This document shows, piece after piece, positions 1 to 9,158 of a DNA stretch of 64,000 bases. The first letter of the stretch is position 1, and each line of letters starts with the position of its first letter. This stretch comes from Verrucomicrobiia bacterium. Lineage in GTDB: Bacteria; Verrucomicrobiota; Verrucomicrobiia; Limisphaerales; UBA1319. The stretch is from NCBI GenBank assembly GCA_963664225.1, contig OY760937.1, forward strand, positions 1,344,001 through 1,408,000, written 5' to 3'. Made by a program: the position numbers and the translations under genes. The notes beneath the pieces were generated by a model. The model did not search any database. It was given only the letters and a program-made list of their open reading frames with translations, and was not told the origin of the DNA.

Positions 1-291
1 AGTGGTTGGTTTCAAGGTCGCCAGAGTGGTTTTACCATCCTCCTCATAAATGGAAATCCGGCAGGGCAACGCGGTGGAGACGCTCATGTTTTGCTCGAGC
101 ACCTTCTTGGCCTGTTGCGGCTGGCAAACCTCGAAGATCAGACATTCGCGGGCGAACTCCACGCCCTTCTTATTCATGGTTTCTTTGAGGTTGTGAATTT
201 GCATGACGCCAAAGTGATTGGCCTCAACGGCGGCCTGCAACGCAGCCGCAGTCTCGCTTACAGTTTTGTCCGTGGATAATCTGATCAACAT
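1..291 (-). CDS. DUF302 domain protein (3' end runs off the window)
   Basis: Not in the ORF track. Manual translation from ATG at 291: MLIRLSTDKTVSETAAALQAAVEANHFGVMQIHNLKETMNKKG...LIFEVCQPQQAKKVL...STALPCRISIYEEDGK, with the FG..EVC.P..A..LPCRI pattern of DUF302. Confidence 0.8.
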   Translation of the reverse strand, partial: MLIRLSTDKTVSETAAALQAAVEANHFGVMQIHNLKETMNKKGVEFARECLIFEVCQPQQAKKVLEQNMSVSTALPCRISIYEEDGKTTLATLKPTT

Positions 292-310
292 AATATTTTT
301 GGTTAAGAGT

Positions 311-877
311 TCAATTTACGGGCGGGGAATTGGTTTCCGCAGTATGATGATGCGCTTCTTCACCAGTCGCAGTTCGCAGAGAATCCCGTTCCTGCGCGGT
401 CAGCTCAGGCAGATGATGAATGAAGGCGACGATTTTCCAGATGTTTTCGTCGGTGTGCGTGGGACCGAAGGCAGGCATGGCAGTCATCCGGATGCCATGT
501 TTGACGACCCAAAAGAGTTCTCCGTCCGGCGTGTCGTCCCCTCCCTTGCCCAGCGATGGCGCGGGCGGATTGATCCCCTTGGATAACTCGGCCCCGGCCA
601 CGTCAGGAGCCCCATGGCAGATGACGCAATTCTCGCGATAATGGTCAAGTCCCGTGGCGATGGCTGCAGGATCGCCGGCAAAGGGATTTTTTTCCTTCGG
701 AGCACGTTTTTCCACCGACCGATCAACCGCCCATGGCGCCAGCGTCCTTTCGATGAGTCCCGGCTTTACGTCCGCTCCCATGTTGATCGCCCCCATGGCC
801 AGAACGAGGATCGGCACGAGGAGGGTGAGCAGAATGCCAACCACAAAACTCAACGGTATCAACCATTTGTTTTTCAT
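311..877 (-). CDS. Membrane-anchored monoheme c-type cytochrome
   Basis: N-terminal TM segment, CVICHG heme motif, GELFWVVKHGIRMTAMPAF distal-Met motif, His-rich tail. Confidence 0.85.
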   Translation of the reverse strand: MKNKWLIPLSFVVGILLTLLVPILVLAMGAINMGADVKPGLIERTLAPWAVDRSVEKRAPKEKNPFAGDPAAIATGLDHYRENCVICHGAPDVAGAELSKGINPPAPSLGKGGDDTPDGELFWVVKHGIRMTAMPAFGPTHTDENIWKIVAFIHHLPELTAQERDSLRTATGEEAHHHTAETNSPPVN

Positions 878-1026
878 TTCGCTCCTTCCCCATTAGCGTT
901 TCATTGAACGGCAACCTTGCAGGTAGTAGCCGTTTCGCTCACAGTTTTGTCCGTGTATAATTTGACCAGAATATATTTCCCTTCATGTTAAAATACTCGC
1001 TTCACGGGCGCATCGCGAACGAAAGA

Positions 1027-1152
1027 TTACTTCTTGGCCATCTTGCCAATCACGACGATCAGCAAGACCACCACCGCGATGCCAATCACCGCCATAATCC
1101 ATATTCCTCCGCCCCCCCATCCACCCATCCATCCGTCTGTATTGTTCATCAT
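1027..1152 (-). CDS. 41-aa single-pass membrane peptide
   Basis: Manual translation MMNNTDGWMGGWGGGGIWIMAVIGIAVVVLLIVVIGKMAKK*; lies downstream of a conserved promoter motif (1276-1294). Confidence 0.6.
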   Translation of the reverse strand: MMNNTDGWMGGWGGGGIWIMAVIGIAVVVLLIVVIGKMAKK

Positions 1153-1275
1153 ATTCTGTTACTTTCGGTTTGTACTTCGCCGTTGACACCCGGCTGATAG
1201 GGCATTTGAGAAACCCGATGCACATCGGTTTTCACTGGTGCTCACATTCACATTGCTTCAGCGTGTGCGGCTTCG

Positions 1276-1294
1276 CTATGGGGTATAATCCCAC
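1276..1294. promoter_or_regulatory. TATGGGGT-box copy 1 (CTATGGGGTATAATCCCAC)
   Basis: Imperfect inverted repeat that recurs at 2361, 13027, 37129 and 43090, always upstream of a minus-strand gene. Confidence 0.65.
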
Positions 1295-1446
1295 CCAGAC
1301 AATTAGCGGCATTGGGGGTCGAAAACGAATTCGTCGAGAGATGAGTTCTAACACGCGACGGTTTTCCACCGCCGCAAATGCATTGGGCAGGACGCCACGG
1401 CGCAATTACCGCCGTGCAAACCCCGAGCATTTTCCAATAGCAGGAG

Positions 1447-2226
1447 TTACTTGTGTGAATGTGCCAGTGCTCCGCGTTGATCGCTCTCGTTCCAATAACC
1501 TTCAAGTTTGTAGTGCCCATACAACCCGGATTCATAGTCCCGGTTAATCAGGGACTCCGCAGTGTATTCCGGAGAATCCTTGATGGCCTCTCGGGAAAGA
1601 TTGACGAAGACTTTCGATTCACTCCAACTCACGCGATCGATCCATTGCGGGGAAACCAGGACCTTTTTTCCCGGCCACCAGTTCCGCGTGGCCACCACAA
1701 GGTAACGGATCGCCCACGTCTGGTCATCAATGATGAAATCCTCGACGTGACCAATTTCGCCGTCCGAGGCCTGGATTTCATAGCCACGCACATCGTTGGT
1801 GCTGCGCAGATGAGGGTCCCAGGCCTTCTCACCTTGAGTGGGGGCCTTCCAGTTCTCCCGGTCCCGCGCGATGTAGGGGTAATTCCCCCACATGTAGGGG
1901 CCGCTCCAATACATCGGCCAGCCATAATACCCGTAATAGGACTCCTCGAATTGGCGGGAGACGGGCTTGTCACTATTCAACGACGGACTCCCTTCAATCT
2001 GCTTTTTGGTCAAATCCACGGCGATGTGCTGCTCGGCCTTGATTGCCGCGACCAGCGCATATGGGGAAATCAATACCTGTCGGCCTGTAAGCCAACTTCC
2101 GGTGTTGGCGACCAGATAGCGAATGGTCCAATGCCTGTCATCGAAGTAGAATTCTTTCACCTCCCCAAATTCTCCGTCGAGACTGTCCAATTTATAACCT
2201 TCCAGTGTCTTGGCTTTGCTTAGCAT
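1447..2226 (-). CDS. Tandem PRC-barrel domain protein
   Basis: Two repeats of GY.I.A.DGEIG.V.DF..DD..W.IRYLVV.T..W..G..VL.SP. Confidence 0.85.
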   Translation of the reverse strand: MLSKAKTLEGYKLDSLDGEFGEVKEFYFDDRHWTIRYLVANTGSWLTGRQVLISPYALVAAIKAEQHIAVDLTKKQIEGSPSLNSDKPVSRQFEESYYGYYGWPMYWSGPYMWGNYPYIARDRENWKAPTQGEKAWDPHLRSTNDVRGYEIQASDGEIGHVEDFIIDDQTWAIRYLVVATRNWWPGKKVLVSPQWIDRVSWSESKVFVNLSREAIKDSPEYTAESLINRDYESGLYGHYKLEGYWNESDQRGALAHSHK

Positions 2227-2360
2227 AATAATATTTTCCTAATATAGTGTTCGGTTGTTTCGCTACTGGCCGTCCATCTGGACAAGGCATTTGAGAAAGC
2301 GATTGCGCCGCGACTTGCGCGGGGCCAACACTTAAACATGATTTGACGCGCACTTCTTTG

Positions 2361-2379
2361 CTATGGGGTAAAACCCCAC
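2361..2379. promoter_or_regulatory. TATGGGGT-box copy 2 (CTATGGGGTAAAACCCCAC)
   Basis: Perfect TGGGGT-AAA-ACCCCA palindrome upstream of the PRC-barrel gene. Confidence 0.7.
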
Positions 2380-2422
2380 CGTGTAACAGAGGAGAACGAC
2401 GGCCTCCTTGAGTGGATTCAAT

Positions 2423-3661
2423 TCAGAGAATTATCTCTTCACGGGTTGGGATTTCCCTATTGCAACTGGCAACGCCGAGGCCGACGATGCGGCACACCGT
2501 GCGCGCAATCATCAGTTCTTCGTCTGTGCGGACGACGCGCACCGTGGCCCGGCCGACGTCGGTGGAAATCACCGCTGCAGACTCCGCATTGCGCGACTCA
2601 TTCAGTTCAATGCCAAGGTATCCCAATCCTTTACAGATGCGCGCGCGGATGATCGGTGCGTTTTCCCCTATGCCACCGGCGAAGACGAGCGTATCCAATC
2701 CTCCAAGCGCGGCGGCGAACGCGCCGATCCACTTCTTCGCCTGATAACAAAAGAGCGCCACGGCTTCCGCCGCCCGAACGTCGTGCGTTTCGCGGTCAAG
2801 CAGGTCACGCATGTCGGAACTGGTCTCCGAAATGCCAAGCAATCCAGACTCGTGGTTAACCATTTTGTAAAACTGGCTGGTGGTGATCTGCTCGGTTCGC
2901 GCCAGATACGGCGCGAGGCCGGGGTCTAAATCGCCTGTGCGGGTGCTCATCACCAACCCCGCAGTCGGCGTGAAGCCCATGCTCGTGTCTATGCTTTTGC
3001 CATCGCGCACGGCGGCCAGGCTCGCACCGTTGCCGAGATGAGCGAGGATCACGCGTCCTTTCAAGGCTGCCGGATCGCCGAGGCGCGTGAGTTCTTCCAT
3101 CAGGTAAGCATACGACAAGCCGTGGAAACCGTATCGTTGAATTCCCTTGGCGTCGAAGCGTCGCGGAATCGGCAGTAGTTTGGCCACCCGCGGCATATCG
3201 CGGTGAAAAGCCGTGTCGAAACAGCCCAATTGAGGTAGTTTCGAATGACGCTGGCGGAAGGTCTCAATCAGTTCGATTTCGCGGGGCAGATGATCCGGGT
3301 CATAAGGACAAATGCGATGCAGTTCATCCAATAATTCCTGAGTGACCAATTCTGGCGCGGTGTGGTTCATGCCGTGGACCACGCGGTGGCCCACCGCTCG
3401 GACCGATTCAAGACCTATCTGCTTTTCGAGCCAGTCAATCAAGGAATTCGCCGCTGATTTATGATCGGAAGCGGTGATGCTCAGACTGGGTTGAGGCTTT
3501 CCCTCGGGATCTGTGAACGTCAGATTCGTCCCACTCAAACCGATGCGGTCGATCTTACCATGAAGCCCTCGCTTCAGCGGTTCGCCCACCATGTAAAGCG
3601 CGAACTTGATGCTCGACGAGCCGCCGTTGATCGTCAGGATGCTTTGGTTTGCTGGTTTCAT
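2423..3661 (-). CDS. ackA: Acetate/propionate kinase
   Basis: INGGSSSIK, GHRVVHG, FDTAFH, RYGFHGLSY, HLGNGAS, DTSMGFTP and FAGGIGEN motifs. Confidence 0.92.
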   Translation of the reverse strand: MKPANQSILTINGGSSSIKFALYMVGEPLKRGLHGKIDRIGLSGTNLTFTDPEGKPQPSLSITASDHKSAANSLIDWLEKQIGLESVRAVGHRVVHGMNHTAPELVTQELLDELHRICPYDPDHLPREIELIETFRQRHSKLPQLGCFDTAFHRDMPRVAKLLPIPRRFDAKGIQRYGFHGLSYAYLMEELTRLGDPAALKGRVILAHLGNGASLAAVRDGKSIDTSMGFTPTAGLVMSTRTGDLDPGLAPYLARTEQITTSQFYKMVNHESGLLGISETSSDMRDLLDRETHDVRAAEAVALFCYQAKKWIGAFAAALGGLDTLVFAGGIGENAPIIRARICKGLGYLGIELNESRNAESAAVISTDVGRATVRVVRTDEELMIARTVCRIVGLGVASCNREIPTREEIIL

Positions 3662-4386
3662 GGTTGATTCCTTCGGAGCTGGCTCGGTTCTGGGTTAGAA
3701 TGGCTTATCGCGTCCACTTTTGCGCCGCGCCCAACTGAGCCGGAAACCGGTCCAGCGAAGAGTTCATTGTGCGTGATCAGAGAAAAAAGCAGCCAGAGGA
3801 TGTAGGTAATGAAGAGAACGGCGGCGATGGCCAGGGAAAAACTCTGTTCGGCTCGCGGCGACCAACCGCCCTGCAGTCGATCGGGTGCTAGATGAAAAAT
3901 CGTTGGAAAGATCAGTCCGATAGCCGCCAGGCCAAGCGAAGTAGCGGCCATGCGCGCGGTGGTCTGGTTGAATGTCTGCCGGGGGAATCGCATGACCCCG
4001 ACCAACATGGATGTGCCGACCACTAGGAGGATGTTGCCGATGATCAATTCGGCGGCATTGCCAAAGCTCGCGTTGAGCAATCCGCCGATGCCAGGACAGC
4101 CATATGCGCTCAGATGCCCGGTCGCTTGCCCCATCCAACCGGCCAGCGGGATGATCGCCAGACCCGTAACGATGAAAAACCGGCTTTCGTTCATCCACGC
4201 CGGAACATAACGAATGGCGAAAGCCGCCGACACCGCCAGCATTAACCAATCAAGCGGCTGAAACATGCCAGGATTTAGCCGCTCGTGCTTTTTTATATTG
4301 GCGGACATATTTAAAACTACGCCAACTGCAGGTTGCCGTCCTCCAGCACTCCGCGAGCCGCCGACATCAACGACGAGAATTATCAA
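3658..4386 (-). pseudogene. Truncated and internally deleted Ca2+/H+ antiporter (ChaA/Cax), with an ILVVDVGG sugar-kinase-like N-terminal remnant
   Basis: GGLLNASFGNAAELII is joined directly to GNILLV, so the usual intervening segment is missing; the C-terminal half of a Cax protein is absent. Confidence 0.65.
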
Positions 4387-4416
4387 GGGATTGTTTTTAC
4401 TTTGGTTGTCGGCAGG

Positions 4417-4599
4417 TCAGTTTGACGGGAGCGGCTTCGTCATGGCCTGATACATCATTTCCGAGCTGACAAACGGCGGACCGTAGAGTTCGTAGCCGCC
4501 GCTGAGTTTTTCGTTCACTTGCTGGGCCAGCCTTTCATGGGTTGCGGCATCGGCGTGAAAAGGCACCGCGACGATTATGTATTCGATTAAGGTTTTCAT
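4417..4599 (-). CDS. Small DUF1737-like protein
   Basis: MKTLIEY...LAQQVNEKLSGGYELYGPPFV...YQAMTK pattern; ATG at 4599, just after the zwf stop. Confidence 0.65.
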   Translation of the reverse strand: MKTLIEYIIVAVPFHADAATHERLAQQVNEKLSGGYELYGPPFVSSEMMYQAMTKPLPSN

Positions 4600-4609
4600 A
4601 GGGTTCGCA

Positions 4610-6145
4610 TTACGAGTTCTTTCTCTTCTTCTTGCCATGTCCGACCAGCTCGGTTGGTAGCGGCCAACGATGTCCGGGAGCCAGCAGCGCTTGAGTATTC
4701 TCCGGTCCCCAGGTGCCTGCAGCGTAATTGGGAAAATCACTCGGAGCCGTCTCCTGCCACACTTCAAGCACCGGCATCAGCAGTCCCCATGCAGCCTCCA
4801 CCTGATCGGCGCGCATAAAGAGCGTCGCGTCGCTTTTCATCACATCCCACAAAAGCGTTTCATACGCATCGGGTGAAGGTGCGTCGAAGCTTTCCCGATA
4901 ATAGAACCGCATGTCCTCGGGTCGCAGCTGCATTTTCGGTCCCGGATACTTGGCCTGAAAGCCGAGCACAATGCCTTCTTCGGGTTGAATCGAAAGGATC
5001 AGCCGGGAGGCTTGCCATCCGAGGGAGGCTTCGGGCGGGAAGGATTGATGCGGCACCGCGCGAAATTGAATGGAAATTTCCGAGGCCTGTTGCGGCAGAC
5101 GTTTGCCGGTACGCAGGTAGAACGGCACATCCTGCCAGCGCCAGTTGTCAACAAACAGTTTCAACGCCGCGAACGTTTCCGTTTGGGAATCGTGCGCTAC
5201 GCCATTTTCCTCGCGATAGCCGGGCCTTTTTTGGCGATTGAGGTTGCCGGGACCATATTGTCCGCGCACGGCGCTTTGCGGGACGGCGTCGCGGTGAATC
5301 GGACGGGCCGCGTGGAGCACGTCCACCTTCTTATTGCGAATTTCGTCGGCGTCAAAGGAGACCATCGGCTCCATCGCCACGAGACACAGCAGTTGCATCA
5401 AATGATTCTGCACCATGTCACGCAGTGCGCCGGCGTGATCGTAATAACCGCCGCGATGCTCGACCCCCACCGTTTCGGCAACGGTGATGGTCACATAATC
5501 AATGTAACGACGATTCCAGAGCGGCTCGAATAGCGGGTTGGCAAAGCGGAACGCCAGAATGTTCTGCACCGTTTCTTTGCCGAGATAATGATCAATACGG
5601 TAAACCTGGGACTCGTCAAAACTGGTGGCGAGAATGGCATTCAAGGCGCGGGCGGATTCCAAATCGTAACCGATCGGTTTTTCGATCACGATTCGCGCCC
5701 ATTCCCGGTCGCGCGCCAGTCCAGCCTTGCCGAGATACTTTGGAATTTCGCCGAACATGCTCGGCGGCGTGGCCATGTAAAAGATACGATGGGCTTTGGT
5801 GCCCCATTTCTTTTCCAGCATCGCGCATTGTGCGCCCAGAGCTTTGTAAGTTTGCAACTTCTTGAAATCCCCCGGTTGGTAATGGATGTGTCGAGCAAAC
5901 TGATTCCAGGCGAGAGTCTTGGCTTTCCCGAAACGGGAGAATTGATTGACGCCGTCGTGTAACCGGCGGCGAAGCGCAGCATCGCCGAGCTTGATACGGT
6001 CCACCGCGAGAATCGCAAATTGTGCGGGCAGGCTGCGATCCTGCGAGAGGTCGAACAAGGCCGGGACAAGTTTGCGCCAGGTCAAGTCGCCGCCACCGCC
6101 GAAAATGACAAATACCGTTGGTTCAAGTTTATCATTTGTTCTCAT
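4610..6145 (-). CDS. zwf: Glucose-6-phosphate 1-dehydrogenase
   Basis: IFGGGGDLTWRKL, EKPIG, RIDHYLGKE, RDMVQNH and RWQDVPFYLRTGK motifs. Confidence 0.95.
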   Translation of the reverse strand: MRTNDKLEPTVFVIFGGGGDLTWRKLVPALFDLSQDRSLPAQFAILAVDRIKLGDAALRRRLHDGVNQFSRFGKAKTLAWNQFARHIHYQPGDFKKLQTYKALGAQCAMLEKKWGTKAHRIFYMATPPSMFGEIPKYLGKAGLARDREWARIVIEKPIGYDLESARALNAILATSFDESQVYRIDHYLGKETVQNILAFRFANPLFEPLWNRRYIDYVTITVAETVGVEHRGGYYDHAGALRDMVQNHLMQLLCLVAMEPMVSFDADEIRNKKVDVLHAARPIHRDAVPQSAVRGQYGPGNLNRQKRPGYREENGVAHDSQTETFAALKLFVDNWRWQDVPFYLRTGKRLPQQASEISIQFRAVPHQSFPPEASLGWQASRLILSIQPEEGIVLGFQAKYPGPKMQLRPEDMRFYYRESFDAPSPDAYETLLWDVMKSDATLFMRADQVEAAWGLLMPVLEVWQETAPSDFPNYAAGTWGPENTQALLAPGHRWPLPTELVGHGKKKRKNS

Positions 6146-7578
6146 GACTCACGCTCGCTCTCCCATTCCGTGTGAAACGTGCCCTTGGCATCGTTGCGCT
6201 CATAAGTGTGCGCGCCGAAATAATCACGCTGGGCCTGAATGAGATTGGCCGGCAGCCAGGCGCTGCGATAGGCATCGAGATAACCCAGCGAAACCATCAA
6301 CGCCGGAGCAGCGACGCGTGACTCAACCGCCTGACCCACGATGTAACGCAAATCTTCCTCATGCTCCATGAGCTTGCGCGACAAATTGGGATCGAGCAGC
6401 AAATTTGGCAGATCACGCCGCTTGCGAAACGCCGCGCAGATTTCTTCGAGCAACACGGCGCGGACGATACAGCCGCCCCGCCAGATCCTCGCCACGGCTT
6501 CAAGATCGAGGTGATACCTGTATTTTTCCGAAGCCGCCGCCAAAAGCGCCATCCCTTGCGCATAGGTGATAATCATCGAGGCAAAAAACGCACTTCCCAA
6601 TCGCGTGAGAAACGCGTTACGATCGCCGACGAAACGCCAAATGGGTCGCTGATAAACAATGCTGGCCTGCTCCCGTTCCTTCTCAAACTTGGACAAATCT
6701 CGCATCGCGACCGCCATGTCAATCGTTGGAACCGGCACTTGCAGTTCCATCGCGCTTTGTGAGGTCCACATGCCGGTGCCTTTCTGTTTGGCCACGTCGA
6801 GAATTACATCAATCAGCCGCTTGCCGGTCTTCTCGTCCTGTTTGGAGAATATATGGCTGGTGATTTCAACAAGATAACCATTGGTTTCTCCGTTGTTCCA
6901 TAAAGAATAGACCCCATGCAATTCGTCGTCGTTCAAGCCGAGGCCACTTTTCATCAGATCGTAGGTCTCGGCGAGAAGCTGCATGACACCGTATTCGATG
7001 CCGTTGTGGACCATCTTCACGAAGTGCCCGGCTGATCCCGGACCCAGCCAAGTCACGCACGGATCACCGTTGACCTGCGCAGCCGCTGCTTCAAAAACAA
7101 GCCGGACGCGCTCGTAGGCCTCTTTCGTCCCGCCGGGCATGATGCTCGGTCCGTGACGCGCACCTTCTTCGCCACCCGACACGCCCACGCCGAGAAACTG
7201 GATGCCCTTCGCCGCCAAACTGCGGGCGCGTAAATCCGTGTCTTTGAAGTAGGAGTTGCCAGCATCAATGATGAGATCGCCCTTCTCCAAATGCGGTAGC
7301 AAATCCTTGATGACCGAATCCACCGGAGCGCCGGCGGGCACCAACATCATAATCGCGCGCGGGCCGTGAAGCATTGCGATAAAATCGGGGACACTCCCCG
7401 CGCAATAGATAGTACGTTCGGCTGATTCCTTCCGCAGCGCCTCAACCTTGGCCATGTCCTTGTCGTAACCTGCCACGGAGAAGCCATGGTCGGCTATGTT
7501 CAACACAAGATTGCGCCCCATTACTCCCAAACCCACCATGCCGATTTCAAACTTTTGCTGTGCTTGTTTATTGATCAT
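6142..7578 (-). CDS. gnd: NADP-dependent 6-phosphogluconate dehydrogenase (decarboxylating)
   Basis: GLGVMG, GVSGGEEGA, VKMVHNGIEYG and QAQRDYFGAHTYER motifs; start placed at ATG 7578, downstream of the ppk2 stop. Confidence 0.95.
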   Translation of the reverse strand: MINKQAQQKFEIGMVGLGVMGRNLVLNIADHGFSVAGYDKDMAKVEALRKESAERTIYCAGSVPDFIAMLHGPRAIMMLVPAGAPVDSVIKDLLPHLEKGDLIIDAGNSYFKDTDLRARSLAAKGIQFLGVGVSGGEEGARHGPSIMPGGTKEAYERVRLVFEAAAAQVNGDPCVTWLGPGSAGHFVKMVHNGIEYGVMQLLAETYDLMKSGLGLNDDELHGVYSLWNNGETNGYLVEITSHIFSKQDEKTGKRLIDVILDVAKQKGTGMWTSQSAMELQVPVPTIDMAVAMRDLSKFEKEREQASIVYQRPIWRFVGDRNAFLTRLGSAFFASMIITYAQGMALLAAASEKYRYHLDLEAVARIWRGGCIVRAVLLEEICAAFRKRRDLPNLLLDPNLSRKLMEHEEDLRYIVGQAVESRVAAPALMVSLGYLDAYRSAWLPANLIQAQRDYFGAHTYERNDAKGTFHTEWESERES

Positions 7579-7588
7579 CGTTTTTCCT

Positions 7589-8452
7589 TCAGAGCAGTTT
7601 GCGGATGGATTCCAACTCACGCCGACGCTTTGCGGTGGTCTTGGGATATGCCATTTCAAGTTCTTTGAACGCATCAAGGATGATTTGTGAAATAATCAAC
7701 CGGGCATTCTTCTTGTCATCGGCGGGGACGACATACCAGGGAGCGGTTACGGTGCTCGTGGCACTCAGGCACGCTTCATAGGCCTGCATATAGAGAGGCC
7801 AGAATTTCCGCTCATGAACATCCGCGAGACTGAATTTCCAATTCTTGTCCGGCTCATCAATGCGATCGAGGAAGCGCTCTCGTTGTTCATCCTTCGACAG
7901 ATGAAGGAAGAATTTGATGACCCGTGTCCCGTTGCGGTGGAGATGGTCCTCCAGGTCCACGATGGAACGATACCGGTCCTTCCAGATTGTCTTCGCGTCC
8001 GGCAACTCATCGGGGAGCCTCTGGCTGATGAGAATCTCGGGATGCACCCGAACGATGAGCACTTCCTCGTAGTAGGAACGATTGAATATGCCGATGCGCC
8101 CGCGTTCCGGCAGACGGCGCGTGGTGCGCCAAAGAAAATCGTGCTCCAATTCCTCGGGGGTTGGCTGTTTGAAACTGAACACTTCGCAGCCCTGAGGATT
8201 GACTCCGGACATCACATGCCGGATGGCGCCGTCCTTTCCGGCGGCGTCCATTGCTTGAAAGATAAGCAGCAATGCATGGCGGTTGGATGCGTAGTGAAGC
8301 CGTTGCAACGAACTCAACTCCTCAACCTGTGCTTGCAGGAGTTTGTGATATTTCTTTTTCGACTTGTAAAAAGGTTCCACCATCGTCGGCCACCTTTTGA
8401 GATTCACTTTTTCCCCGGCTGGCACCCGGAAGTCATTGGAATTGATTGTCAT
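7589..8452 (-). CDS. ppk2: Polyphosphate kinase 2 family (polyP:nucleotide phosphotransferase)
   Basis: [30 protein letters not shown] and [11 protein letters not shown] motifs. Confidence 0.92.
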   Translation of the reverse strand: MTINSNDFRVPAGEKVNLKRWPTMVEPFYKSKKKYHKLLQAQVEELSSLQRLHYASNRHALLLIFQAMDAAGKDGAIRHVMSGVNPQGCEVFSFKQPTPEELEHDFLWRTTRRLPERGRIGIFNRSYYEEVLIVRVHPEILISQRLPDELPDAKTIWKDRYRSIVDLEDHLHRNGTRVIKFFLHLSKDEQRERFLDRIDEPDKNWKFSLADVHERKFWPLYMQAYEACLSATSTVTAPWYVVPADDKKNARLIISQIILDAFKELEMAYPKTTAKRRRELESIRKLL

Positions 8453-8453
8453 C

Positions 8454-9158
8454 TTAATTTCTCCTTGTTAGCAGTCGTCTTGGTGTGGGAGTCTCCTGAA
8501 TGACTCCCTCGTCATCCGAAAATCCGAACGAGGCCAATTTCGCACTCGTGAACTTGTAATCCTTGTGCAGAATGCCTCGCATCCCCAAACCTTCCGCGAC
8601 CCGGACGAACAGCGGAGTATTTTCGATATAAACTATCTGCCGAGCTGGCGTCTGCGCGATATCCAGTGCCAGTCGAAAGATGTCGGCGTCGGGCTTGCGG
8701 AGGTGAACGAAGCAGGAGGAAACAAAAAAATCCACAAACTCATCCAGATTGAACTTGCGAATCCGATACGCATTCAGTTCGCGCGCTTCGTTGCTGACCA
8801 CTGCAATCTTCAGTCCATACTTCGACTTGAGCTTGCGGACCAAATTGATCATCTGCGGATACGGCTTCGACTGCGCAAACATGAAGCGCCGAAATTCAGA
8901 ATGGTTGAACGGTCGTTTTTGGAAGAAAACCACCCGATTCAAATATTCTTCCAGAGTGAGCTTTCCCTCCTCGTAAGTGGCGAAGTTCAACTGATGCCGA
9001 TCTTCCATCTCCGCCCACACCAGCTTGAAGCGTTTCGCGGCCCGTCTGCGGGCATGATGATCCCATCCGTTGGTGAGCAGCACGCCTCCAATATCCACAA
9101 ACACACAGGTGATTGCAGTCGTTCCCTTCGCCGTATTTTCTTTTAAAGATCGGATCAT
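8454..9158 (-). CDS. HAD-superfamily phosphatase
   Basis: [11 protein letters not shown] and RKPD motifs; ATGA overlap with the glgP stop. Confidence 0.85.
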   Translation of the reverse strand: MIRSLKENTAKGTTAITCVFVDIGGVLLTNGWDHHARRRAAKRFKLVWAEMEDRHQLNFATYEEGKLTLEEYLNRVVFFQKRPFNHSEFRRFMFAQSKPYPQMINLVRKLKSKYGLKIAVVSNEARELNAYRIRKFNLDEFVDFFVSSCFVHLRKPDADIFRLALDIAQTPARQIVYIENTPLFVRVAEGLGMRGILHKDYKFTSAKLASFGFSDDEGVIQETPTPRRLLTRRN

